In this document: one piece after another, positions 43,885 to 53,144 of the stretch
Layout: each line of letters opens with the position of its first letter
Numbering within the stretch: the first letter of the stretch is position 1
NCBI GenBank assembly: GCA_024686195.1
Contig: JAIBDO010000001.1
Location: 1 to 61,522, forward strand
Origin: Gammaproteobacteria bacterium
GTDB lineage: Bacteria; Pseudomonadota; Gammaproteobacteria; GCA-001735895
Length of the DNA stretch: 61,522 bases
Direction: 5' to 3'
The notes under the pieces: model-generated
Told to the model about the DNA's origin: nothing
What the model saw: the letters and a program-made list of their open reading frames with translations, nothing else
Database searches by the model: none
Made by a program: the position numbers and the translations under genes

Positions 43885-44961
43885 ATGAAACATCGATTAA
43901 AACTTAATCGCGGACTGCTGGGCGCAGCCGTGTTAACACTGGGTGTTGCCTTCGCGACATCATCCACCGCTGGCGAGTTTGACGGCGTCACCCTGAAGGT
44001 CGCTACCTGGGGAGGTTCCTGGAAGAAAAATATCGAGACGAAGATCGTCCCCAAGTTCGAAGCTATGGGTGGCCAGATAGAGTTCGTTACCGGCAGCCCA
44101 CAGTCCAACCTGGCCAAGCTTATCGCCGCACGTGGCAAGGCTCCTTTTGACGTCATGGAAGTGCTGGATGCTCAGCAAAAAGACTTTTTCGTGACCAACG
44201 ATTTTATTCAGAAAATCGATACCGCCAGTATGCCCAACAAGCAGTACCTGGAAGACTGGCAATACAACGACTGGCGTATCGCGTCCTGGCACACACAGGA
44301 ATCGATTTGCTACAACCGCGACAAGTTCAAGGAGCTTGGCTTGCCGGACCCGATAACCTACAACGATCTGTCGCATCCGAAGCTCGCGGGTCGCCTGTCG
44401 ATTCCTGATATAACTTCGGGTGGGGGACTGGCGAATGTTGGTGCGATGGCGCATGCGGCCGGTGGTAATGAAGCCAATATTGGTCCGGGGCTTGAAATGA
44501 TCAAAAGGCTCAATGCGCTCAAGTTCTGGTCGCGTGGTGGTGAAGTCGTCACCCAACTCCAGTCTGGTGACGTCTATGCCGCAGTTGTACATTCCGGCTG
44601 GTGCGTGCGAGCGCGTAATGCCGGCGCAAACGTGATGACCGCGCATCCAAAGATCGGCAGCAAGGTCGGTGTGCACAAGCATGGTTGGCTGGTGATCATG
44701 AAGAGCAGCGAAAATGTGAAGGCAGCCAACTGGTTTCTGAACGAATACAACGATGCGGATTTCCAGCTTGAATATGCTCGTAACAGTGGCGTCGTGCCGG
44801 TTAACTCGAAAGCGATTTCGATGCTGAAGAGCGATCCGGTGCTGGCCGAAATGCTGCAACTGGATCCGGAGTTGATTGCCAATGAGTTACGCGTCGACTA
44901 CTCGAAGGCGGATATCTCGGATTGGAACGATAAGTGGAATCGTTCGGTTTCCGGGCAGTAA
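43885..44961 (+). CDS. ABC transporter periplasmic substrate-binding protein (PotD/PotF-like, family 1)
   Basis: 358 aa with a signal peptide (...LTLGVAFATSSTA). AGGAGAAG precedes the ATG. Confidence 0.9.
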   Translation: MKHRLKLNRGLLGAAVLTLGVAFATSSTAGEFDGVTLKVATWGGSWKKNIETKIVPKFEAMGGQIEFVTGSPQSNLAKLIAARGKAPFDVMEVLDAQQKDFFVTNDFIQKIDTASMPNKQYLEDWQYNDWRIASWHTQESICYNRDKFKELGLPDPITYNDLSHPKLAGRLSIPDITSGGGLANVGAMAHAAGGNEANIGPGLEMIKRLNALKFWSRGGEVVTQLQSGDVYAAVVHSGWCVRARNAGANVMTAHPKIGSKVGVHKHGWLVIMKSSENVKAANWFLNEYNDADFQLEYARNSGVVPVNSKAISMLKSDPVLAEMLQLDPELIANELRVDYSKADISDWNDKWNRSVSGQ

Positions 44962-44991
44962 TCGTTCGCCTCTAATGCGATAACCTTTAAA

Positions 44992-45031
44992 GGACCACTC
45001 CACTCACCGAGGCTGGTGGGCGGAGTGGTCC
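44992..45031 (+). promoter_or_regulatory. Strong intra-operon RNA hairpin after the binding-protein gene
   Basis: GGACCACTCC...GGAGTGGTCC is a perfect 10-bp outer stem. It extends inward (CACTCACC/GGTGGGCG with 2 mismatches) to a 6-nt loop, followed by GACTTTAAAAATTT. Confidence 0.5.
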
Positions 45032-45062
45032 GACTTTAAAAATTTAATAACCCGGGATTAGC

Positions 45063-46130
45063 ATGTCTGGTGTCAAAATAAACAACGTGGTTAAGCGTTT
45101 CGGTGATTTCACCGCGCTGCACGAACTCAATCTGGAAATCCAGGAAGGTGAGTTTTTAAGCTTGTTGGGTCCTTCGGGATGCGGTAAGACGACTACCTTG
45201 CGTCTGATTGCGGGCTTCATTCAACCCACCCAGGGCAGCATTATTCTGGGTGATCAGGACGTTACCCAGGTGGCACCGCAGCATCGCGAAATCGGTATGG
45301 TGTTCCAGGATTACGCCCTGTTTCCGCACATGACGATTGCCGATAATATTGGTTTTGGGTTGCGCGAGCGTGGCTATCCTAAAGAGCAGATCAGAGCTCG
45401 TGTTGGCGATTTGCTGGATTTGATTCGCCTGGCGGAAGTTGGCGAGCGCTATCCCGCCGAAGTCAGCGGTGGCCAGCAACAGCGTATCGCAGTGGCGCGC
45501 GCGGTTGCCTATCCACCAAAGGTCCTGCTGATGGACGAACCACTGGGTGCGCTCGATCTCAAGTTGCGCGAGACCATGCAGGTCGAGCTGCGTCGAATCC
45601 AGCAAGAACTGAAAATTACTACTGTCTACGTTACTCACGATCAGACCGAGGCAATGAATATGTCCGATCGTATCGTGGTGATGAATACCGGTCGGATAGA
45701 ACAAATCGGCAGCGCTGAGGGTATCTATGATGACCCGCGCACGCGCTTTGTTGCTGATTTCGTGGGCCAGATCAATTTGCTCGATGCGGAAGTTACGGGC
45801 GCCGATGGAGACTTCCTGATCGCTGAGACCCTGGGTAGCCAGGTACGAGTGCCAAAAGGCGAGGGTGAATGCAGCGGAAAAGTATCGATTGCGGTACGAC
45901 CCGAACACCTGCAATTAGTAGACACGAGCTCGAGTGATAACGCTTTAAACGTTATCAGTGGCAAGCTGTCGGGGCGAACGTTTGCTGGTAATCTGACGCG
46001 CTTGTTTGTTGATGTCGGTGCGGAATCGCCAATAGTTGTCGAAGCCCGGCCACAGGATGCTCCCAGTGAAATCGGTGTGAGCATCAACATCGGCTGGAAG
46101 GTGGAGAATTCGCGAGTTTTGACCGAGTGA
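45063..46130 (+). CDS. ABC transporter ATP-binding protein (PotA type, with C-terminal TOBE-like domain)
   Basis: Walker A GPSGCGKTT, signature VSGGQQQR, Walker B LLMDEP. Confidence 0.9.
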   Translation: MSGVKINNVVKRFGDFTALHELNLEIQEGEFLSLLGPSGCGKTTTLRLIAGFIQPTQGSIILGDQDVTQVAPQHREIGMVFQDYALFPHMTIADNIGFGLRERGYPKEQIRARVGDLLDLIRLAEVGERYPAEVSGGQQQRIAVARAVAYPPKVLLMDEPLGALDLKLRETMQVELRRIQQELKITTVYVTHDQTEAMNMSDRIVVMNTGRIEQIGSAEGIYDDPRTRFVADFVGQINLLDAEVTGADGDFLIAETLGSQVRVPKGEGECSGKVSIAVRPEHLQLVDTSSSDNALNVISGKLSGRTFAGNLTRLFVDVGAESPIVVEARPQDAPSEIGVSINIGWKVENSRVLTE

Positions 46131-46422
46131 CCGACTGTTGTCAGCGCATTTCGCCTGTTTCGAGATACGTAGGATCGGGATAGTTTTTAGCAACGGCAAG
46201 CTGCTTTTCCAGAGGTAGTAAAACGGGCTTGATTCGATTACCCTATCACATTAATCGAGGTATTTTTCAAGCCGATTGCATTTATATTATGTATGATCTT
46301 ATCCTTTCACTGGCCATTGCTGGCAGCCGTTCGCTATTCGACGCTCTAACTGGAAAGATCCTTTTTACCTCAGACATAGCTGCTTCGTTGATGAGTACCA
46401 GGACTGAAAACCGGGAATCCTG

Positions 46423-47904
46423 TTGAAAAAATATGATCACTTCATCGACGGCGACTGGTGTGTTCCCGATTCAGGGGATTACCTGGAGTCGATTGATCCC
46501 GCCCATGCAACGCCATGGGCAAGTTTCGCACGCGGCAATGCCAGTGATGCGCAAGCTGCTGTCAATGCCGCTGATCGCGCCTTTAACGAAGGACCCTGGT
46601 CTCGCTACTCGATGCCGCAACGCTGCGAATGCCTGATCGAAATTGCTGATCTGCTCGAACAACGCTGGCCCGACCTGGTTGAAGCGGAAATACGGGACAA
46701 TGGCAAGCGTATCAGCGAAGTGAATGGTCAGTTTGCCGGTCTGCACAGTTGGTATCGGTATTTCGCGAAACTGGGTTTGGAGATCGAATCACAGCGTCTG
46801 GATAACCAGGTGCCCGGTGTGATCAATCACGCGCATTACCAGCCTTATGGTGTGGTGGTGGCGATTACACCGTGGAATTCACCCTTGATGATCGCGGCAT
46901 GGAAACTGGGGCCGGCGCTGGCAGCTGGCAACACGGTGGTGATCAAGCCTTCTGAATTTGCCTCCGCTTCTACGCTGGAGTTCGCCCGCTTGTTATCAGA
47001 AACATCCCTGCCGGCAGGTGTAGTCAATGTTGTGACAGGTCTTGGACAGGAAGTTGGTGAGCCACTGGTCACGCACCCACAGACGCGCAAGATCACCTTT
47101 ACCGGATCGGATTTCGGTGGTACCAAAGTGGCCGAGGCCGCCGCCAGAGGCATCAAGCCGGTGACGCTCGAGTTGGGCGGAAAGTCACCCCAGTTACTGT
47201 TTGCCGACGCTGATCTCGACAATGCGTTGAATGGCATTATCTCCGGAATTTTTCTCTCCAATGGCCAGACCTGTGTGGCCGGATCTCGGTTAATTGTTGA
47301 AAGTAGTATTCACGATGAAGTGGTGGCGCGCATTGTTGAGCGGGCCAGTCGTTTGCATGCTGGCGACCCGCTTAGCCTTCGGACCGAAATTGCTCCTCTT
47401 GCCAATAAGGCGCATCTAGACAAGGTGCTGTCGATGATCGCCGAGGCCAGATCGCAAGGAGCGCTTTGCGTGCACGGTGGTGAACGGCAGTATCCGGCCG
47501 AGTGCCCCGAGGGTTTTTATGTTCAACCGACAATTTTTACCGAGGTGACGGCGCAGATGACCATCTGGCATGAAGAGGTTTTCGGTCCGGTGCTGGCAGT
47601 GATTCGTGCCGCAGACGAAGATCATGCGATCGCCCTGGCCAATGATTCCAAATATGGGCTCGCTGCCGGCATCTGGACTACGGACAGCGAACGAGCCGAG
47701 CGTCTGGCGGCGAAGCTTGTGGCCGGTACCGTCTACATCAATCACTATCGCAGTGTTGATCCGGGCTCGCCCATCGGCGGTTTCAAGTCTTCAGGTTACG
47801 GTCGTGAACTCGGGCCGGATGCGGTGCGGGATTTTATGCAGATCAAATCGGTTTGGGTTGGCAGCGCACCCTGTGCGGACCCGTTTCCGGCGCAGTCAGC
47901 TTAG
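46423..47904 (+). CDS. NAD(P)-dependent aldehyde dehydrogenase
   Basis: 493 aa with VTLELGGKSP, catalytic Cys in NGQTCVAGSR, and EEVFGPVL. TTG start as given by the track. Confidence 0.9.
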   Translation: MKKYDHFIDGDWCVPDSGDYLESIDPAHATPWASFARGNASDAQAAVNAADRAFNEGPWSRYSMPQRCECLIEIADLLEQRWPDLVEAEIRDNGKRISEVNGQFAGLHSWYRYFAKLGLEIESQRLDNQVPGVINHAHYQPYGVVVAITPWNSPLMIAAWKLGPALAAGNTVVIKPSEFASASTLEFARLLSETSLPAGVVNVVTGLGQEVGEPLVTHPQTRKITFTGSDFGGTKVAEAAARGIKPVTLELGGKSPQLLFADADLDNALNGIISGIFLSNGQTCVAGSRLIVESSIHDEVVARIVERASRLHAGDPLSLRTEIAPLANKAHLDKVLSMIAEARSQGALCVHGGERQYPAECPEGFYVQPTIFTEVTAQMTIWHEEVFGPVLAVIRAADEDHAIALANDSKYGLAAGIWTTDSERAERLAAKLVAGTVYINHYRSVDPGSPIGGFKSSGYGRELGPDAVRDFMQIKSVWVGSAPCADPFPAQSA

Positions 47905-47952
47905 TGTGAATCAGTTTATTGTTTATACTTTATAACTTATGGGAAAGCGGCC

Positions 47953-49311
47953 ATGACAGCAGATATTAATGTTCCACGGGGCAATTTTCAGGGCCATGAG
48001 CGGCAGTTTATCTGGAATGCCGAGCCCGATACAGAACTGACTGAGGTTGGTCCGGGCACGGCCTGTGGCGAATACCTGCGGCGCCACTGGTTGCCGGTGG
48101 CGATGACCGATCAGGTAGGGGATTTGCCCTATCGTATTCGTATCATGGGTGAAGACCTGGTGCTGTTTCGTGAGACCGGCGGTCAACTTGGACTGGTACA
48201 CCTGCATTGTGCGCATCGCAACATGTCGCTCGAATTCGGTATCATCGAAGCCGGTGGCATTCGCTGCAGCTATCACGGCTGGAAATACGGTATCGATGGT
48301 CAGATACTTGAGCGACCCTGTGAACCCGAGGGCAGCCGTCTCAAGGAAGGCACCTGTGTCGGTGCTTACCCGGTCGTCGAATATAAGGGATTGGCATTTG
48401 CCTACATGGGGCCGGCAGAACATAAACCGCCGTTTCCGGTGTTCGATACGATGGCGGAGGAGGGTGACGAAATGATTCCATTTCTGATCGAGTCCCCCTG
48501 TAACTGGCTGCAGATCATGGAAAACGCCTGGGATCCCTTCCACACGGTATATCTGCACACCAAGGCGGTGCGCTCGCAATTTACTGATGCCTTTGCCGAG
48601 ATGCCGAAGATCGAATACTTCGAACGCGACTACGGCGACTTTTATACCAATACGCGCCGTGTTGACGATATTATCTGGCTAAGAATCCACGATCAGATGC
48701 TTCCCAGTTTCACGCAGAATGGCGGGCACTTTCCATTGCCGGAAAAATCACTTTATTTCGGTCGCTGCGGCCTGTCGCGCTGGATAACGCCGATCGACGA
48801 CACTCACGCCATGGTCGTCGCCTGGCGTCACTTTCGTGATGCCGATGAAGACCCTCGCGGGCTTACCGACCGCAATGAAGTCGGTTTCGGCAAAACCGAT
48901 TTCTACGGCCAGACAGCCGACCGACCTTATGAACAGCGCCAGCGTGACCCCGGTGATTACGATGCCTGGGTATCGCAGGGGCCCACAAACGTCCATAAAC
49001 GCGAGCACACCGGATTTTCTGATCGCGGTGTATCGCTTGTGCGACGCCGGTTGCGTAAGTTGATCCGCAAGGTAATGGATGGTGGGGCGGTGACCCACTC
49101 GACCGATGGCTTTAAAGGCCTGATTCCAACCTATGGCGGTGATACCATGCTGCGTATTCCACCGCAGCCAGGTCGTGATGATGACGATTTGATCAAGGAA
49201 GTGGCGCATAAGGTGGCCGCGATTTACATGGCACACGATGACCTGCAGGGCCAGCAACGAGTCGACAGCCTGCGCCAGGCACTACGCGAATACGAGGCCA
49301 GTTGGGCATGA
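47953..49311 (+). CDS. Rieske non-heme-iron oxygenase, alpha-only type (paralog 2)
   Basis: 452 aa. Rieske CAHRNMSLEFG...CSYHGWKYG. Iron site NAWDPFHTVYLH. Colinear with the 40650-42032 product. Confidence 0.9.
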   Translation: MTADINVPRGNFQGHERQFIWNAEPDTELTEVGPGTACGEYLRRHWLPVAMTDQVGDLPYRIRIMGEDLVLFRETGGQLGLVHLHCAHRNMSLEFGIIEAGGIRCSYHGWKYGIDGQILERPCEPEGSRLKEGTCVGAYPVVEYKGLAFAYMGPAEHKPPFPVFDTMAEEGDEMIPFLIESPCNWLQIMENAWDPFHTVYLHTKAVRSQFTDAFAEMPKIEYFERDYGDFYTNTRRVDDIIWLRIHDQMLPSFTQNGGHFPLPEKSLYFGRCGLSRWITPIDDTHAMVVAWRHFRDADEDPRGLTDRNEVGFGKTDFYGQTADRPYEQRQRDPGDYDAWVSQGPTNVHKREHTGFSDRGVSLVRRRLRKLIRKVMDGGAVTHSTDGFKGLIPTYGGDTMLRIPPQPGRDDDDLIKEVAHKVAAIYMAHDDLQGQQRVDSLRQALREYEASWA

Positions 49312-49940
49312 CACGACAATCGATTAACCCCGGCCGGGTAGACTGGACCGGTGAAAATCCAGGGATTTATCTGAAGCACAGCGCAGACGATGAATCCTAT
49401 TGCCTGCTGTCGCTGTTCTTCCGTGTGGCCCTGTCACCTTATGGCAAGGGGCATGCCGCCATCGTTCTGGGCGCTCCGGATGAAGCTAAAGGCTGGCCGC
49501 AGGCAAGCAACTTTATCATGACCGATAATCAGCGCATGATGCGCTGGATCATCGATGGCTGGGTGACCCGTATGCCGACCTTTGTCGGGCGCGCGGGTTT
49601 GCAGCATATGAGCTGGCTGAATCTTGATTCAGTTCAACGCCAGCCCGGCGATCTGAAAACTGATTACCGGGAAATACTGCGTGGCTCAGGAGTAACGCTG
49701 GAAATGCTCTGGTCGAATATGGGCGATCCCATACCGGTCGAGGTCACGGTCGAGAACTCGGCCACCAAAGCCCATGAAATGTACTCGGTGTTCCTCGAGG
49801 CAAAATCGGCCGCGGTCAGCGTCAATGGCACACAGTTGCCAGGCAGCGTGCAGTCGCGCCAGTTCTTCGGGCGCACCATGAGCACCGCTTTCCTCGCCTT
49901 TTCCGAAACCTGGGTTACCCCCGTCAATCTGCAGGGTTAG
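49308..49940 (+). CDS. Hypothetical protein, tandem paralog A
   Basis: About 210 aa. ATG 49308 overlaps the oxygenase stop (ATGA). Shares VDWTGENPGI.LK, LFFRVA.SP and FSETW..P with the next gene. No recognisable family or cofactor motif. Confidence 0.65.
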   Translation: MTRQSINPGRVDWTGENPGIYLKHSADDESYCLLSLFFRVALSPYGKGHAAIVLGAPDEAKGWPQASNFIMTDNQRMMRWIIDGWVTRMPTFVGRAGLQHMSWLNLDSVQRQPGDLKTDYREILRGSGVTLEMLWSNMGDPIPVEVTVENSATKAHEMYSVFLEAKSAAVSVNGTQLPGSVQSRQFFGRTMSTAFLAFSETWVTPVNLQG

Positions 49941-49944
49941 AACT

Positions 49945-50571
49945 ATGCCACTATCCGAACCCATCACTCCCGGTGTTGTCGACTGGACTGGCGAAAACCC
50001 CGGAATCCTGCTGAAAAATGACGACGACAGTTTCGCGGCGATGGCTCTGTTTTTCCGCGTAGCCTGGTCGCCGGTAGGCCAGGGCCAGGTGCTGCTGCTG
50101 TATGCATCGCCCAATGAAGAGAATGGCAGTGCCGAAGCACCCAATATTATATTGAGTGATAACGAAGAATTGAGTCACTACCTGCTGGAAAATTTTATTG
50201 GCCGTTTAGCTGCTTTTCGCGATGCCCCGGCGTTTAAGAACCTGACCCATCTGGTCGCCCAATCGGTGCACAGCGACGGTGACCCGATGAGCCATCGATA
50301 CAGTGAAACGATTGCCGGTGAAGGCTATACGGTCGAGCTGGTCTGGGAACAATTGGAGGCCCCGCGCGCGCTCGAGCTGATGCCGAACCAGGTCGGCTCC
50401 GGCATACACACCATGTATACGGTGCTGGTGCCGGCGCAACAGGCACAGATCATCGTCAATGGAAAGTCTCTGCCGGGCAAACTCGGTACGCGCGTGCAGG
50501 CGGGTTTCGAGACCACCACGGCCTTTCTGTATTTTTCGGAGACCTGGATCATACCGCCCGGAGACGATTGA
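49945..50571 (+). CDS. Hypothetical protein, tandem paralog B
   Basis: 208 aa, starting 4 nt after paralog A and colinear with it. Confidence 0.65.
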   Translation: MPLSEPITPGVVDWTGENPGILLKNDDDSFAAMALFFRVAWSPVGQGQVLLLYASPNEENGSAEAPNIILSDNEELSHYLLENFIGRLAAFRDAPAFKNLTHLVAQSVHSDGDPMSHRYSETIAGEGYTVELVWEQLEAPRALELMPNQVGSGIHTMYTVLVPAQQAQIIVNGKSLPGKLGTRVQAGFETTTAFLYFSETWIIPPGDD

Positions 50572-50572
50572 T

Positions 50573-51787
50573 ATGAGCGACTCGAGTATGCATCACGCCG
50601 ACAAAGCAGCTTTTGCTGCGGCACTCGAAGCGCAACCGGTATGGGACCGGATTGAAACCGGCGTGGATGCTTTCGGCCTTCCTGAAAATATGTTACTGCA
50701 CGCAGGCCCGGCGTTCGCCTCGGTGAACATGATTGCAAAGCCAATTCTGAACTCGGCCTGCGTGGCGGCCGTATACGAGGGTGTTGCCACCGATTTCGAA
50801 CAGGCTGAAGCGATGATTCGTGCAGGTGAAATCAAACTTGAGCCGGCACAGGATCACGCCACCGTCACGCCGCTGGCGGCTGTGGTGAGTGCATCTATGC
50901 CACTGCATCGTGTGGTCGATGCGAATAATTCCCAGAACGTCATCTATTCACCGATTAATGGCGGCGGACGCCCGGCGATGCGCCTCGGGTTGCGCTCGCA
51001 GGCAGTGCTTGATCACATTCGCTGGCTCAATAGTGATTTCCGTGACTTATTGGAATCGGCTTTGACGACGCCAGTAGATCTGTTGTCGATAGCCTGCGAG
51101 AGTTTGCGGCATGGCGATGATTGTCATGGGCGTACCCCGCATGCAACACGCGTGCTGATGGCTGCGTTGGAGCAGGGGATAAACGGTGGTATCCGCGATA
51201 CCAATATGCGCGACTTTATTGAATCGTCTCCAAGCCTGTTCCTCAACCTGTGGATGGCGGCCAGCAAGTGCATCATGATGAGCGCCTCTGCTATACCCGG
51301 GTCCAGTTTTGTCACGGCCGCCGGCGGCAATGGTGTAGAGACCGGCATTCAAATCTCGGCCCTGCCGGGACGCTGGTTCAGCGCCGCAGCAAGGCCCCCT
51401 GATGGGCGTATCGACGTCGATCTGCCACCAGAGCGGGCATTGCCTGCAATCGGTGACAGTGCCGTGGTCGAAGGCCTGGGCCTCGGAGCGATGGCGATCA
51501 ATCTGGCGCCTGAGCAGTTAAAAGGCCTGGGTGAGTTCCTACCTGCTGATTATGCCGAGCGCAGTGCGCGTTTGCTGGCGGGGTCGCATCCGCAACTGGC
51601 TGGTCTCGATTGTCGTGTTGGACTGCTCGCGCGCGCGGCACGCGAACATCAGCAGGGGCCGATTATTGGCCTTGGCATGCTCGACATCGAAGGCGACAAG
51701 GGCAGACTGGGTGGAGGTATCTATGATATGCCGGCAACCGTGTTCAACGACGCCATGACCGCTCTTGAGGCAGCCGGGGAAAACTAG
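50573..51787 (+). CDS. DUF1116 (YlbE/AllG-like) protein
   Basis: The true start is ATG 50573 (MSDSSMHHADK...), 1 nt after the previous stop. Segments NMLLHAGPAF, LFLNLWMAASKC and IGDSAVVEGLGLGAMAI match my recollection of E. coli YlbE (LLHAGPP, FFLNLAMA, MGDSAITETFGIGGAAM). This assignment is from memory only. Confidence 0.7.
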   Translation: MSDSSMHHADKAAFAAALEAQPVWDRIETGVDAFGLPENMLLHAGPAFASVNMIAKPILNSACVAAVYEGVATDFEQAEAMIRAGEIKLEPAQDHATVTPLAAVVSASMPLHRVVDANNSQNVIYSPINGGGRPAMRLGLRSQAVLDHIRWLNSDFRDLLESALTTPVDLLSIACESLRHGDDCHGRTPHATRVLMAALEQGINGGIRDTNMRDFIESSPSLFLNLWMAASKCIMMSASAIPGSSFVTAAGGNGVETGIQISALPGRWFSAAARPPDGRIDVDLPPERALPAIGDSAVVEGLGLGAMAINLAPEQLKGLGEFLPADYAERSARLLAGSHPQLAGLDCRVGLLARAAREHQQGPIIGLGMLDIEGDKGRLGGGIYDMPATVFNDAMTALEAAGEN

Positions 51788-51811
51788 CGACATGCCTGCG
51801 ACATTCTGTCT

Positions 51812-53113
51812 GTGACTGTTAAACCCAATCAACTGGGTATGGCCGAACTGGCGCACCGAATTCGCGCTGGGCAGTTGACAGCCGAAGAGGCCATGCACAG
51901 CTGCCTGCAAAGGATTGCCCTGCGCGAAAATGAAGTGGGTGCCTTTGTCAGCATAGATGAAGCGGCCGCGTTGCAGGCGGCACGCACAGCAGATAGCGCA
52001 GGGTTGGGCGGTCCCCTTCATGGTGTGCCGATCGGGGTTAAGGACATCATCGACACCCGGCAGTTCGCCACCGCATGGGGCACCAGTTTCTACCAGGGTC
52101 ATCAGCCGGGGCGTAACGCGAGCTGCGTCGAACTCTTTCTGCAGGCAGGTGCCATTATTGTCGGTAAGACGGTCACCACCGAGTTTGCCTATTTCAAGCC
52201 CGGTAAAACCGCAAATCCACATAATCTTGCGCATACTCCCGGTGGGTCATCGAGTGGATCGGCAGCAGCGGTCGCCGATTGCATGTTGCCATTTGCTTTT
52301 GGTTCACAAACGGCCGCCTCGTTGATTCGTCCGGCAGCTTACTGCGGCATTCCGGGTTACAAGGCCAGCCACGGCAGTTTTGACCTGCAAGGTGTCATGG
52401 GCCTTGCACCCAGTATGGATACGCTTGGATTCCTGGCGCGTGACATTGAAGATTTCGAACTGGCACGTACAGTACTTTGCGGCAGTAAGCCCGCTATTGC
52501 CGACTTTGACGATACTCCTTTACGGGTCTCGTTGTTGCGCGGAGCGCACTGGTCCGAGGGCTCTCTGGAAATGCGCGATGTCTGTCAGCGAGCCCTGGCG
52601 GCACTGGCTGAGGCCGGTGCACAAACCGGTGAGCTCGCCTGTCCGGAGGTATTCAAGGTGCTGACCGAATGCCAGAAAACGGTTATGGCCTACGAGGTTG
52701 CGCGTGCGCGGATATTTGAATACAGCCACTATCGCGAGCAGATTAGTTCCGCTTTTGTCGATCTCGTGGAAAGCGGTTTGCAGATCACGCGCGCGGCTTA
52801 CGAAGACGCCTGCAGTACCCGTGACCGGGCCATGCGTGTGTTGCAGAGCCTGTTTGTCGATACCGATATCATTTTGGCGCCCGCGGCTTCCGGGGAGGCG
52901 CCCGCGGGACTGGATGCGACAGGTGACCCTTTGTACAGCCGCAGCTGGAACCTGCTGCAGGTGCCCTGTATATCCATACCCTTCGGCCATGGCCCGCAGG
53001 GTTTACCACTATCGGTGCAGATGGTGGGGCCGATGAATGCTGATGACTCGTTGCTGGCAGCGGCTAAATGGGTCCACAGTCAGTTCAAACGCCAGCTGGA
53101 GGCTGGCGCTTGA
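51812..53113 (+). CDS. Amidase (amidase-signature family), second copy
   Basis: 433 aa with VKDIID...GGSSSGSAAAVA. GTG start from the track; an alternative ATG is at 51839. Confidence 0.9.
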   Translation: MTVKPNQLGMAELAHRIRAGQLTAEEAMHSCLQRIALRENEVGAFVSIDEAAALQAARTADSAGLGGPLHGVPIGVKDIIDTRQFATAWGTSFYQGHQPGRNASCVELFLQAGAIIVGKTVTTEFAYFKPGKTANPHNLAHTPGGSSSGSAAAVADCMLPFAFGSQTAASLIRPAAYCGIPGYKASHGSFDLQGVMGLAPSMDTLGFLARDIEDFELARTVLCGSKPAIADFDDTPLRVSLLRGAHWSEGSLEMRDVCQRALAALAEAGAQTGELACPEVFKVLTECQKTVMAYEVARARIFEYSHYREQISSAFVDLVESGLQITRAAYEDACSTRDRAMRVLQSLFVDTDIILAPAASGEAPAGLDATGDPLYSRSWNLLQVPCISIPFGHGPQGLPLSVQMVGPMNADDSLLAAAKWVHSQFKRQLEAGA

Positions 53114-53144
53114 ATCGCTGCAGTCATCAGCAATCTCGCTGCGT

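Noticed and set aside
43960-44859. 299-aa ORF on the minus strand. Similar long antisense ORFs occur at 45156-45914, 47923-48579, 51539-52234, 58545-59219, 12376-12876 and 19170-19718.
   Set aside because: Each lies fully inside, and antisense to, a gene with strong family signatures (binding protein, ATPase, Rieske oxygenase, DUF1116/amidase, permease, GcvT-like, SBP). None shows a motif of its own.
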